A DNA stretch of 64,000 nt from an uncultured Gammaproteobacteria bacterium (GCA_963761035.1 CAVXFH010000002.1:2756792-2820791), one strand, 5' to 3'; counted from the first letter of the stretch, positions 9,325 through 20,386 are shown. Notes: generated by a model not told the origin, from the letters alone. Program-made: numbers and translations.

Positions 9325-11085
9325 ATGGCCAGTTCAATAAAACACCACGTAGTCAAATCAGAGATCGATTTGCGAGAACTGTTGAGTGGCAGGTTCTGCG
9401 GGTCCGATAGGCCATTGGGTGAGGTCCTGGTGGAGGATCAACTCATAAGCCAGGAACAGCTGCAGGAGGCTTTAATCAGGCAACTGAAGGGGAAGAGTAA
9501 ACACCTTGGCCAGATTTTAATTGAAATGAATCTGCTGACCCATGAGGACGTCAATGTCGCTTTGGTCAAGAAATTGGGAATTCCCTTTGTCCAACTCAAG
9601 GGATTCGACTTGCCGGTTCGGATGTTGTCCCGTATTCCCGCCGATGTAGCCATTCAATATAACCTAGTGCCCTTGGGCGAACACGACGGCAAATTGGTCG
9701 TGGCCATGGAGAATCCCCTAGATAATACCGTCGTGAACGCTTTGCGCTTTAACACCAATTCCCATATAGAAGCCGTGATGGCCAGCGGCTATGAAATCCA
9801 GGTCCTGCTGCAAAAATTCTACAGCAAACAGGAAGAAAGTGAGGCTCTGGAAGACCTGCAAACGGATGCGGTAGTCAAATCGTCGGCTGAAAATGCCGAG
9901 TCCCTGTATGTGATGGAGCAAGAAGCCCACCGCAAACCCATCGTACGTTTGGTGAATGCGATCCTTGTTCAAGCCGTGACCAAAGGCGCCTCCGATATTA
10001 ATCTTCGTCCAGAGAAGGACAGGGTCAACGTCTATTATCGCATCGACGGGGTCTTGCAATATGCCAGAACCATAAATCGCAACCTACTGCCGGCTATCGT
10101 CAGCCGCATTAAGATCACGGGACAGATGGATATCTCCGAACGGCGCTTGCCTCAGGACGGCCATGCCCGCCTGGCATGGGGCGCCAGGAACATCGATTTA
10201 CGTATCTCGGTGGTGCCCACCGTCAAGGGCGAGAGCGTAGTCATTCGTATTCTGGATAAAGACTCCGGCATGCGACCTTTGGAAGGATTGGGCTTGCGGG
10301 AAAAGGAATATCAGCTGATCAGGCGATTAGTAACGCGGTCCTTCGGATTGTTTCTGATAACGGGGCCGACCGGATCAGGGAAATCCACAACCCTCTACGC
10401 CATTCTTAATGAAGTAAAGAAGCGCAATGTCCACCTTCTCACGGTGGAGGATCCTGTGGAATACGATATAGACGGCGTCGAGCAAGTGCAAATATCCCTG
10501 ATCAAGGGTTATACATTTGCACAGGCCTTGCGGCAATTCCTCCGCCATGATCCGGACGTGATCATGGTGGGCGAAATCCGCGACGGCGAGACCGCCCACA
10601 TCGCAAACAAAGCGGCCCTCACCGGTCACCTGGTGTTGAGTACCTTGCACACCAATGACGCCGTCAGCACCATCACCCGGCTCACCGACATGGGAATCGA
10701 ACCCTATTTATTGAGCACCACCTTGCTGGGCGTAATGGCGCAACGCTTGGTACGCGTGATTTGCCCTTATTGCCTGGTAGAAGAGGAGGTAGACGACCAG
10801 ATACGCAGGAGCCTAAATCTGTTGCCCGAGGAGAAGTTCTATCGCGGTAATGGCTGCGAGTCTTGTAACCAGACGGGGTACCATGGGCGTGTGACGGTAT
10901 GCGAATTGCTGGCGGTTACGCCGGAGATAGCCCAACTGATCAATGAAGGCGCCCACATGCAAAAAATTCAAGCAGCCGCCTTGGCCCAAGGTATGACCCG
11001 TTTGAGCGACAATGCCATCGCCTTGGCGCGAGAAGGCAAGACTTCCATCCAGGAAATATTGGCGGCGCAGTTGGAAAGCGCATAA
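9325..11085 (+). CDS. GspE/PilB/MshE family secretion/pilus ATPase with N-terminal MshEN-like domain
   Basis: LGEVLV...LQEALIRQ and LGQILI repeats, RRLPQDG, Walker A GPTGSGKS, TVEDPVE, DPDVIMVGEIRD, TGHLVLSTLH, CPYC...CESC zinc motif. Confidence 0.92.
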   Translation: MASSIKHHVVKSEIDLRELLSGRFCGSDRPLGEVLVEDQLISQEQLQEALIRQLKGKSKHLGQILIEMNLLTHEDVNVALVKKLGIPFVQLKGFDLPVRMLSRIPADVAIQYNLVPLGEHDGKLVVAMENPLDNTVVNALRFNTNSHIEAVMASGYEIQVLLQKFYSKQEESEALEDLQTDAVVKSSAENAESLYVMEQEAHRKPIVRLVNAILVQAVTKGASDINLRPEKDRVNVYYRIDGVLQYARTINRNLLPAIVSRIKITGQMDISERRLPQDGHARLAWGARNIDLRISVVPTVKGESVVIRILDKDSGMRPLEGLGLREKEYQLIRRLVTRSFGLFLITGPTGSGKSTTLYAILNEVKKRNVHLLTVEDPVEYDIDGVEQVQISLIKGYTFAQALRQFLRHDPDVIMVGEIRDGETAHIANKAALTGHLVLSTLHTNDAVSTITRLTDMGIEPYLLSTTLLGVMAQRLVRVICPYCLVEEEVDDQIRRSLNLLPEEKFYRGNGCESCNQTGYHGRVTVCELLAVTPEIAQLINEGAHMQKIQAAALAQGMTRLSDNAIALAREGKTSIQEILAAQLESA

Positions 11086-11094
11086 AACGCTAAA

Positions 11095-12411
11095 TCATTG
11101 CGCCGGTATGCCGCGAATTAGTTGAGCGCTATTAACCCCGCTGCGCACCGCACCTTCCAAAGTGGCCGGGAGGCCGGTATCCGTGTAATCCCCCGCCAAC
11201 CATAAGCCCTGTACCGGGGTGCGGGCCGCGGGGCGCAACGCTTTAATGTTCGAGTGACAAGAGAAGGTAGCGCGCTTTTCCCGGATCACCAGGGCATGCG
11301 ACGGTGTCGGCCATCGCGGAAAGTGATGGGACAGCTCGGCCTGAATGCGCGCGATCAGAACGCCATTATCCAACGCCATGTGTGATCCCGGTCCGCTGAT
11401 GACCACCGCCATTCTCCCGGGATGTCCAGTGTCGCCGAGATCATGAACCCATTGGCCCATACCGTCCAGCAAGCCCACCATCTCACTGCCTAGGCTTACC
11501 GCGGCTGGGTACTGGAGATAGATCGTGCAGATAGGTTCGTAACGGAGCATAGCCAATTGCCGGTCGATGTCCGTCAATAAAGGGTGCGGCGCGCTCAGGC
11601 GCCGACATGCGCAGGGCGACGCGGCGATGATGACATGATCGGAACGGATAATTCCCCGGCGCGTGATCACGCCGTCAATGCGTCCGTCTTGAATAGTAAG
11701 CGAGGCAACACGTTCATTGAACCGTACCGTTCCGCCATGCTCGCGGATAAAGCGGATCGCGGGTTCAGGAAAAATACTGCCTAAATCCGTGCGTGGAAAC
11801 AGCATGTCGGTGTCGCTGTGCTCGCCGGTGAAGACCTCATGCAAAACGTGGAGGAATACCTGCGCCGATGCCTGACTCAAAGGTGTGTTTAAGGCCGCCA
11901 GGCACAGAGGTTCCCACAACACTTTGATCAGCCGGTCCGGCTGCCGAACTCGACGAAGCCACTCCGCGACGCTGAGGTCGTGCTCGAGCTTAAAATCGGA
12001 AACGGATAATTGCATGCATAGTGCCAAGGCGCGACAGCGCTCAGACCAATTTAACCCCTTACCCCGAGCGAAACCTGCTAGCACATGCCACGGCGCAGGA
12101 AGGTTTGGGAACTCAATCCGGGTATCGTTATACTGGATGGAAAGCATCATCAAGCGCAAAGGGCGGCGCAGAAAGGCCTGTTCATCACGCATATCTATCA
12201 CTTTAAGCAGGCGCAGCATCTCACGATAAGCGCCCAGCATAAGGTGCTGGCCGTTGTCGATAGACATGCCCTGCGTCTCAACCCGCCGCGCCCGCCCGCC
12301 CGCCTGCTTGGCCGCTTCGATGAGCGTAACTCGAATATCGGCGCGGCTGAGTTCTACGCCGGCGGCCAGTCCCGCCCAGCCGGCCCCGATGATAACGACA
12401 TGCATGGCCAT
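11095..12411 (-). CDS. hpnE: Hydroxysqualene dehydroxylase
   Basis: IIGAGWAGLAA FAD motif, DNGQHLMLGAY, EKRATF, LAGDYTDTGLPATLEGAVRSG; follows hpnC-hpnD. Confidence 0.9.
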   Translation of the reverse strand: MAMHVVIIGAGWAGLAAGVELSRADIRVTLIEAAKQAGGRARRVETQGMSIDNGQHLMLGAYREMLRLLKVIDMRDEQAFLRRPLRLMMLSIQYNDTRIEFPNLPAPWHVLAGFARGKGLNWSERCRALALCMQLSVSDFKLEHDLSVAEWLRRVRQPDRLIKVLWEPLCLAALNTPLSQASAQVFLHVLHEVFTGEHSDTDMLFPRTDLGSIFPEPAIRFIREHGGTVRFNERVASLTIQDGRIDGVITRRGIIRSDHVIIAASPCACRRLSAPHPLLTDIDRQLAMLRYEPICTIYLQYPAAVSLGSEMVGLLDGMGQWVHDLGDTGHPGRMAVVISGPGSHMALDNGVLIARIQAELSHHFPRWPTPSHALVIREKRATFSCHSNIKALRPAARTPVQGLWLAGDYTDTGLPATLEGAVRSGVNSAQLIRGIPAQ

Positions 12412-12454
12412 GGTCGCTTAGGCCGATTTGGACATGATTCTTGTGGCGTGCATA

Positions 12455-13315
12455 TCAGGTTTCGCGCTCCAGATATCGGCGCTTTTCGCGCCGGGCGGTT
12501 TGCCAGGCAACCCACATCTTGCGCGTCGGGCTGAGCGTTACTCGCTGCTTGAACACATGATAATCGCCGTCCGCTATGGCCTTGAGCAGCGCCTGGTAGA
12601 CGGCCGCCATGATGAGACCGCTACGCTGGCTGTAGCGATCACTATCGGGAAGATGGCTGTAGGCCTGCTGATAATAGTGATTCGCCCGCTCGGCCTGGAA
12701 TGCCAGCAGGGTGCGCATATCGTCGGTTTGGCGGCCGTGAAGGATATCCTCGCGGGTCACATTGAATCGCCGCATGTCCTCTTCTGGAATATAGACACGG
12801 CCGCGCCGTGCATCCTCGCAGACATCGCGCAGGATGTTCGTGAGTTGGAAGGCCATGCCGAGATCGTGGGCGTACTTGAGAGTACGCCGGTCCCGGTAGC
12901 CGAAGATTTCCGCCGCCATCAAACCTATCACAGAGGCGGCACGATAACAGTATAAGGATAATTCTTTGAAGGTGTAATAGGCATTGTAGTCCAAGTCCAT
13001 CTCCATGCCGTCTATAATCTCAAGGAAATGCTCCTGCGGTAAGCTATAGCTTGCGATGACGGATTGTAACGCCTTGCTTACCGGATGTTGCGGTGCGCCG
13101 CTGAAGGTGCGTGCGACTTCGTCGCGCCACCACGCCAATTTAGTGCGTGCCACCCCGGGATCTTGGCATTCATCCACTATATCATCAGCCTCGCGGCAGA
13201 AGGCGTAGAGGATGGTCATGGCTTGGCGCGCCTTCGGTTCCAGAAACAAAAAGCTGTAGTAGAAGCTGGAGCTGCTGGATGCGGTCTTTTGTTCGCAATA
13301 TTGCTCTGGCGTCAT
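12455..13315 (-). CDS. hpnD: Presqualene diphosphate synthase
   Basis: MTPEQYC...SSFYYSFLFL, YAFCREADDIVD, IDGMEMDL, FQLTNILRDV, GRVYIP. Confidence 0.92.
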   Translation of the reverse strand: MTPEQYCEQKTASSSSSFYYSFLFLEPKARQAMTILYAFCREADDIVDECQDPGVARTKLAWWRDEVARTFSGAPQHPVSKALQSVIASYSLPQEHFLEIIDGMEMDLDYNAYYTFKELSLYCYRAASVIGLMAAEIFGYRDRRTLKYAHDLGMAFQLTNILRDVCEDARRGRVYIPEEDMRRFNVTREDILHGRQTDDMRTLLAFQAERANHYYQQAYSHLPDSDRYSQRSGLIMAAVYQALLKAIADGDYHVFKQRVTLSPTRKMWVAWQTARREKRRYLERET

Positions 13316-13358
13316 GATGGCTGCATGGCATGGATATGCGGTAATGATAGCAGACCGG

Positions 13359-14240
13359 TCAAGGGAAGAACGCCCGCCACACAATGCGTAACCGATCTCT
13401 GCGCCGCAAGCGTGGTCGGACGAACGGATTATCGCGTCGAGCCAAGGCATCGAGTAGGCACAGCCCGCCTTGAATGATGGCGCGCACCTCCATTCCGAGG
13501 CGTCCTTTAAGGCGGATTCCGAGCGGGGCGCCCAACAACAACAAGCGGCGCGCCCGAGAGACTTGCATATCGATGAGCCTCAGCAGCGCGGCGTCGCAAC
13601 GGTGCTCGATAAGCTGCGCCTCGGTGACGCCGTATAGCGCCATCTCATCCCGAGGCAGATAGATGCGATCGTTTTCATCGCAATCCTGAGCCAGGTCCTG
13701 CCAGAAATTGATCAATTGCAGCGCGGTACAAATGCTATCGGAATCACGGAGGTTTTCCGCCGTAGCCGCCCGATATAAATGCAATACCAAACGTCCTACC
13801 GGATTGGCCGAGTGACGGCAATAGTCGAGCACTTCGGCGAAATCTGCGTAACGGTGCTTGGTGACGTCTTGGCGAAAGGCGATGAGCAGATCGTGTAACA
13901 GGTCAAGCGGCAAAGCGTATTTGGCAGCGACATCGCTTAGAGCGATGAAGATTGGGTCGTTAATCGGATGATCGGCGCGCAGCGCATCCAGTTTGGCGGC
14001 GTAATCGCGGAGCTGAGCGTCCCGTGCCGCTGCGGAAAGATCGCCTTCATCGGCAAAATCATCGGCGCTGCGGGCGAAGGCGTAGATGACGGCGACGGGC
14101 CGTTGTATGCGGCGGGGCAGCAGCCACGAGGCCACTGGAAAATTTTCATAGTGGCTGCGAGCGAGGCGCAGACAGTGGCGATAGGCGTCTTCCAAGACCC
14201 GGGCGGACAAGCGTCCCTGACCATCCACTGTCGTCGTCAT
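13359..14240 (-). CDS. hpnC: Hydroxysqualene synthase
   Basis: HYENFPVAS, IYAFARSADDFADEG, AFRQDV, YCRHSANPVGRLVL, LQLINFWQD. Confidence 0.92.
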   Translation of the reverse strand: MTTTVDGQGRLSARVLEDAYRHCLRLARSHYENFPVASWLLPRRIQRPVAVIYAFARSADDFADEGDLSAAARDAQLRDYAAKLDALRADHPINDPIFIALSDVAAKYALPLDLLHDLLIAFRQDVTKHRYADFAEVLDYCRHSANPVGRLVLHLYRAATAENLRDSDSICTALQLINFWQDLAQDCDENDRIYLPRDEMALYGVTEAQLIEHRCDAALLRLIDMQVSRARRLLLLGAPLGIRLKGRLGMEVRAIIQGGLCLLDALARRDNPFVRPRLRRRDRLRIVWRAFFP

Positions 14241-14259
14241 GCGCTCACCTAATAGGATC

Positions 14260-14294
14260 CCCGCAACCCGAAACTCTAAACCCGTAACCCGAAA
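14260..14294. repeat. Imperfect 7-bp tandem repeat (5 units)
   Basis: CCCGCAA CCCGAAA CTCTAAA CCCGTAA CCCGAAA between rmuC and hpnC. Confidence 0.7.
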
Positions 14295-14299
14295 CTATC

Positions 14300-15616
14300 T
14301 TAATGCGGTGTCGCCGGCTTGTTCTCATCCTCGTCGGCGTCGGCTGCCGAAGCACCGCCTCCCAACTGACGTACACCCTTTTCGATCTGATCCAATTCGT
14401 GGAGCGGCTTGCGGGCGGTGATCCCCATTTCGGCGAATTTGCGGGCGCCGGGGATAACCTGACGTTCGAAGGAACCCACCGCCTTATTATAGTGGTCAAG
14501 ACTGCTGCCGAGATTCTTGCCGAGCTTGGCCAGGTGTTCGGTGAAGGTGCTGAGGCGCTGGTAAAGATCTTCGCCCACATCGCGGATCTTCTCGGCGTTT
14601 TCCGCCAGGCTTTGCTGGCGCCAGCCGTAGGCCACGGCGCGCAATAGGGCCACGAAGCTGGTGGGCGTGGCCAGGATCACCTTTTGTCCCAGGGCGTACT
14701 CCAGCAAATCGCGGTCGATATCCATGGCCGCGCTCAGAAATTGATCGCCGGGAATGAACATCACCACAAAGTCGGGGCTGTGTTTGAATTGCGCCCAATA
14801 GTTGCGGCTGGCCAATTCCCGCACCCGTTCGCGCACCTTGCGGGCGTGGCGTTCCAGATGCCAGGTACGCACGCCGTCGTCCGGCGCCTCCACGGCGCTG
14901 AGGTAGGCGTCCAGCGGCGTCTTGACGTCCACTACGATCTCGCGGCCGTCGGGCATGCGCACCACCATGTCGGGGCGCATCAGATTTCCGGTTTCGCCCT
15001 GGGTGGTTTCCTGTTGGTAGAAGTCGCAGTACTCCACCATGCCCGCCAACTCCGCAAGACGCTTGAGGGTGATCTCTCCCCATTGTCCGCGTACCTCGGG
15101 ACGGCGCAACGCCTGCACCAGATTGCGGGTCTCGCCCTGCAACAGTTGCTGGGTCTGCGCCATGGTTTCGAGGTGCTTGCTCAACGAGCCGTAGGCCTCC
15201 TTGCGTTCTTTTTCCAGATTGCGCAGTTGCTGATCGGTGCGGGTTAGGGCCTCTTGCACCGGCTTCAGCAGGTTGTCGATGGACTTTTCTTTTTGATCGA
15301 GATCGCCTTGAGCCTGAATATGAAGTTGCTTGAAGTTTTCCTGAGCAAGCTTGAGAAATTCCTCGGTGCTGTTGCGCAAGGCCTGACTGGACAGCGCCGT
15401 GAAGGTCTCCGCCAATTGATGACGGGCATTCTCGATCATGGCCATCTTTTCTCCCGCGGTGCGGCGTTCTACGTCCACTGTGGCCTTGAGGCTGGCATTT
15501 TCCTCCTTAAGGTCGCCGATACGGCGCTGGGCGCGGAGATGAGTGATGAGGGCGCTGGCCAGCGCCGCCAAGGCGGTAAACAGGGCCAGCATGATATAGA
15601 CGACAGTTTCAGTCAT
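14300..15616 (-). CDS. rmuC: DNA recombination protein RmuC
   Basis: N-terminal TM and coiled coil, RGQWGEITL, RPDMVVRMP, VDVKTP, PDFVVMFIP, LATPTS. Confidence 0.93.
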   Translation of the reverse strand: MTETVVYIMLALFTALAALASALITHLRAQRRIGDLKEENASLKATVDVERRTAGEKMAMIENARHQLAETFTALSSQALRNSTEEFLKLAQENFKQLHIQAQGDLDQKEKSIDNLLKPVQEALTRTDQQLRNLEKERKEAYGSLSKHLETMAQTQQLLQGETRNLVQALRRPEVRGQWGEITLKRLAELAGMVEYCDFYQQETTQGETGNLMRPDMVVRMPDGREIVVDVKTPLDAYLSAVEAPDDGVRTWHLERHARKVRERVRELASRNYWAQFKHSPDFVVMFIPGDQFLSAAMDIDRDLLEYALGQKVILATPTSFVALLRAVAYGWRQQSLAENAEKIRDVGEDLYQRLSTFTEHLAKLGKNLGSSLDHYNKAVGSFERQVIPGARKFAEMGITARKPLHELDQIEKGVRQLGGGASAADADEDENKPATPH

Positions 15617-15720
15617 GAAGCGCTTCTCTGACGGGATTTCTTAGTTGAACTCGGCCTAGTCTACCAATAATAAGCTTTATTTCTGCTAGTTAGATCACAG
15701 TCACTCTTGTGGGATTTACA

Positions 15721-16410
15721 TCAACGAGCGTGAATCCGAGCCTTGAGCCAAGGGATGACGGCGGCGGGCGTGTCTACCAAGCCGTCGGCGCCCCAGGTCT
15801 CCGGTTTGTCCCGATTGTCGAGGTAGCCGAACAAGGCCACTAAAGTGGCCATACCGGCTTCCCTGCCGGCGCGGATATCGCGCTCCGCATCACCGACGTA
15901 GATGCATTGCGCCGCCTCACTGCCGGCCTGGCGGCAGCCATGGAGCAACGGCTCGGGATGGGGTTTCCTATGAGCGGTGGTATCGCCGCTGATGATACAG
16001 ACGGCGCGGTCGGCCAGACCCAGCGCCGCCATCAGCGGTTGAGTGAGGAAGGCGGGCTTATTGGTAACTACGCCCCAATTCATGGCGAGGGCTTCGATGT
16101 CGTCCAGCAGTTCCGCCATACCCTCGAAGAGACGGGTTTCCCGTGCCAGGTGCTGTTGATAAAGCGACAGCAGGCGATCGCGCAACGCGGAGAATTCCGG
16201 CTCGCCGGGATCAAGGCCGAAGCCGAGTCTTACCAGGGCCGTGGCGCCGTGAGACACCGCCGGGCGGATGACGTCATAGGGTAGAGGCTCGCGCTGTTGT
16301 TCTCGCAGCAGGCTGTTGAGGGCATAGGCAAGATCGGGGGCGGTGTCCGCCAGAGTGCCGTCGAGATCGAAAAGTATGGTGCGATAACCGGAGATAAAGG
16401 GTGATGTCAT
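15721..16410 (-). CDS. HAD-IA phosphatase (MupP / phosphoglycolate phosphatase-like)
   Basis: FDLDGTLADTAPD, VVTNKP, RKPHPEP, YVGDAERDI; sits after ubiG, as mupP does in Pseudomonas. Confidence 0.85.
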   Translation of the reverse strand: MTSPFISGYRTILFDLDGTLADTAPDLAYALNSLLREQQREPLPYDVIRPAVSHGATALVRLGFGLDPGEPEFSALRDRLLSLYQQHLARETRLFEGMAELLDDIEALAMNWGVVTNKPAFLTQPLMAALGLADRAVCIISGDTTAHRKPHPEPLLHGCRQAGSEAAQCIYVGDAERDIRAGREAGMATLVALFGYLDNRDKPETWGADGLVDTPAAVIPWLKARIHAR

Positions 16411-16462
16411 CGGGCTAACCTGCTGAACCGGGTTACCTATGGCGCATCAAACGCCAGCGGCA

Positions 16463-17179
16463 TCAATCGTCATTGTCTTTGACGGCATGGACCAAGTAAT
16501 TAACGGAGACATCCCTATTTAAGGAGTAGCGGCGAGTGAGCGGGTTGTAACTCATGCCCGTGAAATTGACGATTTCGAGTCCCGCCTGTCGAGCCCAGCG
16601 CGCCAGCTCCGCGGGGCGGATGAACTTGGCGTAATCATGGGTGCCTTTCGGCAACATCTTGAGTACATACTCCGCGGCGGCGATGGCCAGGAAATAGGAT
16701 TTGAGATTGCGGTTGAGCGTGGAGAAGAACACCCGGCCGCCCGGTTTAACCAGCCGGGCGCAAGCACCGACCAGCGAGGCGGGTTCGGGTACATGCTCCA
16801 GCAATTCCATGCAGGTCACCACATCAAACGCCGCGGACTCGCTTGTCGCCAGTTGTTCCGCGGTCATCTGCCGATAATCGACGCTGGCGCCGGATTCCAG
16901 GGCATGCAGTTTGGCGATTGCCAGTGCGCCGCCTGCCATATCGACTCCCACCACCCGGGCGCCGCGCGCCTCCATGCTTTCGGCGAGTATGCCCCCGCCG
17001 CAACCCACGTCGACGACGCGTTTGCCGGCGAGTGCGGCGCGCTGGTCGATGTAGTCCAGGCGCAGCGGATTGATGTCGTGCAGCGGTTTGTATTCGCTGT
17101 TTGGGTCCCACCACCGACTGGCGGATTGATTGAATTTGGCGACTTCATCAAGGTCGACATTGGCTGAATTTTGCGTCAT
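16463..17179 (-). CDS. ubiG: Ubiquinone biosynthesis O-methyltransferase
   Basis: [63 protein letters not shown]. Confidence 0.96.
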   Translation of the reverse strand: MTQNSANVDLDEVAKFNQSASRWWDPNSEYKPLHDINPLRLDYIDQRAALAGKRVVDVGCGGGILAESMEARGARVVGVDMAGGALAIAKLHALESGASVDYRQMTAEQLATSESAAFDVVTCMELLEHVPEPASLVGACARLVKPGGRVFFSTLNRNLKSYFLAIAAAEYVLKMLPKGTHDYAKFIRPAELARWARQAGLEIVNFTGMSYNPLTRRYSLNRDVSVNYLVHAVKDNDD

Positions 17180-17189
17180 GGCCGTTCCA

Positions 17190-18509
17190 TCATTCGAATT
17201 TTCTGATCTTCTGCCGCCAGGCCCGGGCCTTGCCGAGGATGTCATGTTCATCCAGGGTGGTGAGCGCGCCTTCTTTCACTAAGTGTCGCCCGGCCACCCA
17301 CACGTCGCTGACCTGATGACGGCTGCCGGCGTATACCAGTTGCGATATCACATGGTACAAGGGTTGGGTCCCGATGCCGCCCAGATTCACCGCCGCGATA
17401 TCCGCCGCCTTGCCCGGCAGTAGAGAACCGGTTTCTTCATCCAAGCCCAAGGCGCGGGCGCCGCTTAAGGTGGCCATGTGTAAAGCCCGCGCGGCGGGAA
17501 GGGCGCTGGCATCTTGCGCCACGGCCTTGGCCAGCAGGGCCGCTGTGCGCATTTCGGCGAACATGTCGAGATCGTTATTGCTGGCGGCGCCGTCAGTGCC
17601 GATAGCGACGTTGATACCGGCCTGAAGCAATTTTTGCACGGGGCAAAATCCGCTGGCCAGTTTCAAATTGGATTCGGGGCAGTGCACCACATGAGCACCG
17701 CTGCGACCGTAAGCGGCGATTTCGGCGTCGCTGAGTTGCGTCATGTGTACGCCCAGCAAGTGCGGCGTGACCAGGCCGAGCTTCTCCAGGCGCTGCAGCG
17801 GCCGGCTGCCGTGTTGTTCCATCCCTTGTTGCACCTCCGCCGCGGTCTCGTGGATATGCATGTGGATAGGGACGTCCAATTCCTCCGCCAACACCCGTAC
17901 CCGCTCCAACGGACCGTTGGACACCGTGTACGGCGCATGGGGGGCGAAGGCGGTGGCGATGAGCGGATGATGGCGGAAGCGATCGTGCAACTCCAAGCCT
18001 TTGCGCAGATAATCTTCCGCGTTCTCGGCCCAAGCGGTGGGGAAGTCGATGAGGATCATCCCCACCATAGCGCGCATTCCGGCATCGGCGGCGGCCTGGG
18101 CGGTTTCGTCGGGGAAGAAATACATATCATTGAAGCAGGTGATGCCGCCCTTGAGCATCTCGGCCATGGCCAGTTGCGTACCGTCGCGAACGAACTCCGC
18201 GCTGACCCAGGTGCCTTCCGCCGGCCAGATATGATCATTGAGCCATTCCATGAGCGGCAGATCGTCTGCCAGACCGCGGAACAATGACATGGAGGCGTGG
18301 GTGTGTGCATTGATCAGACCGGGAATCAGGACATGCTCCGCCATTTCCAATTCGACATCGGCACGATGGCAGCGGCGGGCGTCTTGCGTCGGCAGTACGG
18401 TATGGATGCGGCCGTCTTTAATGGCCAGGCTGTGGTTCTCGATCACCGTATTATACGGTTCTACCGGGATGATCCAGCGCGCGTGTATCAGCGTGTCGAC
18501 GTGTTCCAT
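17190..18509 (-). CDS. TRZ/ATZ family amidohydrolase (5'-methylthioadenosine/SAH deaminase-like)
   Basis: [48 protein letters not shown]; lies between ubiG and mtnA. Confidence 0.88.
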   Translation of the reverse strand: MEHVDTLIHARWIIPVEPYNTVIENHSLAIKDGRIHTVLPTQDARRCHRADVELEMAEHVLIPGLINAHTHASMSLFRGLADDLPLMEWLNDHIWPAEGTWVSAEFVRDGTQLAMAEMLKGGITCFNDMYFFPDETAQAAADAGMRAMVGMILIDFPTAWAENAEDYLRKGLELHDRFRHHPLIATAFAPHAPYTVSNGPLERVRVLAEELDVPIHMHIHETAAEVQQGMEQHGSRPLQRLEKLGLVTPHLLGVHMTQLSDAEIAAYGRSGAHVVHCPESNLKLASGFCPVQKLLQAGINVAIGTDGAASNNDLDMFAEMRTAALLAKAVAQDASALPAARALHMATLSGARALGLDEETGSLLPGKAADIAAVNLGGIGTQPLYHVISQLVYAGSRHQVSDVWVAGRHLVKEGALTTLDEHDILGKARAWRQKIRKFE

Positions 18510-18575
18510 GGTCGAAATCGAAAGGCGGACAATTGGCGAGTATACCCGAAACGACGATGACGACGGATAGAGGAA

Positions 18576-19136
18576 TCAAGGCGAGGAGGGATAGACGGCG
18601 TATAACTCGACTTGGCGATTACGGCCGCGGCCGAGGCGCGTCCAATTTTCATCTACGGGGTCGTGTTTGCCGTGGCCCTTCCAGTGAATGAGCGCGGGAT
18701 CGATGCCCTTGTCGGATAAGTAAGCCTGCACCGCCATGGCCCGCTTGTCGGACAGGTTGTCATTGAATTTAAATCCGCCTTCCCTATCGGTATGGCCGTC
18801 CAGTAATAGACGTGATGCGCCGGGATTGGTTGCCAGATAGCCGGATACGGCATCCAGGGTCTGTTTCGCCGAGTCGCTCAACTCCCACTTATTGCTGACG
18901 AAGTTCACCCGCCCCAAGGTAATGAATCGCATAGTTGCCGGGGCTGCAGCCTCAGTGTTAGTCGATGTTGACAGGGTGAGCGCGGCGGAAAGAGGGATGC
19001 TCGGCATAGTGAGGCCCAGCGGCGGCGGTAAATCCGGCGCTAGATCAGCGGCGAGTCCCGTCGCGGATACGGAGCACGCTGAGGCTAACAGCATGACAAT
19101 GAGCGGGCGCCGGGAACTTTTCTTAAGAATATTCAT
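18576..19136 (-). CDS. OmpA/Pal-like peptidoglycan-binding domain protein
   Basis: Signal peptide after MNILKK, GHTDREG, NDNLSDKRAMAV, GHGKHDP, GRGRNRQVE. Confidence 0.85.
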   Translation of the reverse strand: MNILKKSSRRPLIVMLLASACSVSATGLAADLAPDLPPPLGLTMPSIPLSAALTLSTSTNTEAAAPATMRFITLGRVNFVSNKWELSDSAKQTLDAVSGYLATNPGASRLLLDGHTDREGGFKFNDNLSDKRAMAVQAYLSDKGIDPALIHWKGHGKHDPVDENWTRLGRGRNRQVELYAVYPSSP

Positions 19137-19258
19137 TGGACTACAGCTATTATAGGCCGTTGCCTCTATATCGGCCGCCGGCCGCCGGCATTGAACCCGA
19201 TTTTCTTGGCGAATAGGCGGATCACCGCTATCATGCGCCATCCGTACACGGAGTGAGA

Positions 19259-20314
19259 ATGATGTTTGTCGAGAGTCACGATAGTATCCGCGCGGTGGAG
19301 TGGATCGGGCAGGGTTTGCAACTGCTGGATCAGCGGGTGTTGCCGCAGCGCCATGAATATGTGAAGTTGCAGGATGCCGACGGTGTGGCGGGCGCGATTC
19401 GCGACATGGTGGTGCGCGGCGCGCCGGCCATCGGCGTGGCGGCGGCCTACGGTGTGGTATTGGCGGCCCGTGATCGTTACGCCCGCTCAGCCGCAACCTG
19501 GAAGCAGGACATCGAAACGGATTTGCAAATGCTCGTCGCCGCGCGTCCCACGGCGGTGAATCTGTATTGGGCCATCGAACGCATGCGCGAACACATCGCC
19601 GCTATTCAGGGCGATCCCGTCTCCACCCTGCTCGCCGAGGCGCTGCGTGTTCACGAAGAAGATATTGCCGCCAACCGGCGTATGGGCGAACTGGGCGCCG
19701 CCCTCATCACCCGTCAATGCGCGGTGTTGACCCATTGCAATACGGGTTCGCTCGCCACCGGCGGCTACGGCACCGCCTTGGGCGTGATCCGCGCCGCCTT
19801 CGGCGCGGGCAAGATCAGCCGCGTGTATGCTGATGAGACGCGGCCGTGGTTGCAAGGCGCGCGTTTGACCGCCTGGGAATTGGTACAAGATCGGATTCCC
19901 GTAACCTTGTTGGTGGAAGGCGCCGCCTCGCATTTGATGAAGCAGGTCGGGGTGCGGTGGGTGATCGTAGGGGCGGATCGTATCGCCGCCAACGGCGATG
20001 TGGCCAACAAAATCGGGACCTATCACTTGGCGGTGGCGGCGCGTTATCACGGCGTGAAATTCATGGTAGTGGCGCCGACCTCAACGGTGGACATGTCCAT
20101 CCAGAACGGCGCGGCCATTCATATCGAGATGCGTTCTCCCAATGAGGTGCTGTCGATACAGGGACAGCGTGTGGCGCCCGAGGGCGTGGAAGCCTGGAAT
20201 CCATCCTTCGATGTGACTCCTGCGGAACTGGTGGACGCCATCGTTACCGAGAAAGGCGTCGTGACCTCCCCCGCGGTGGAAAAAATGGCGGCCATGATGG
20301 GGCGCAACCATTAG
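19259..20314 (+). CDS. mtnA: S-methyl-5-thioribose-1-phosphate isomerase
   Basis: [65 protein letters not shown]. Confidence 0.96.
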   Translation: MMFVESHDSIRAVEWIGQGLQLLDQRVLPQRHEYVKLQDADGVAGAIRDMVVRGAPAIGVAAAYGVVLAARDRYARSAATWKQDIETDLQMLVAARPTAVNLYWAIERMREHIAAIQGDPVSTLLAEALRVHEEDIAANRRMGELGAALITRQCAVLTHCNTGSLATGGYGTALGVIRAAFGAGKISRVYADETRPWLQGARLTAWELVQDRIPVTLLVEGAASHLMKQVGVRWVIVGADRIAANGDVANKIGTYHLAVAARYHGVKFMVVAPTSTVDMSIQNGAAIHIEMRSPNEVLSIQGQRVAPEGVEAWNPSFDVTPAELVDAIVTEKGVVTSPAVEKMAAMMGRNH

Positions 20315-20375
20315 ACTACGTCCTTCGATTCGGCGCTGCGATAACCGTAGGCTCAGTGCCAACGGACCCTGCACC

Positions 20376-20386
20376 TGTGCTAGAAT
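20376..20386 (+). promoter_or_regulatory. Possible extended -10 promoter of gyrA
   Basis: TGTGCTAGAAT (TGn-TAGAAT) about 80 nt upstream of the gyrA ATG. Confidence 0.35.

Noticed and set aside
19137-19496. Pro/Arg-rich N-terminal extension of the OmpA ORF
   Set aside because: Overlaps mtnA on the other strand; a signal peptide begins at ATG 19136.
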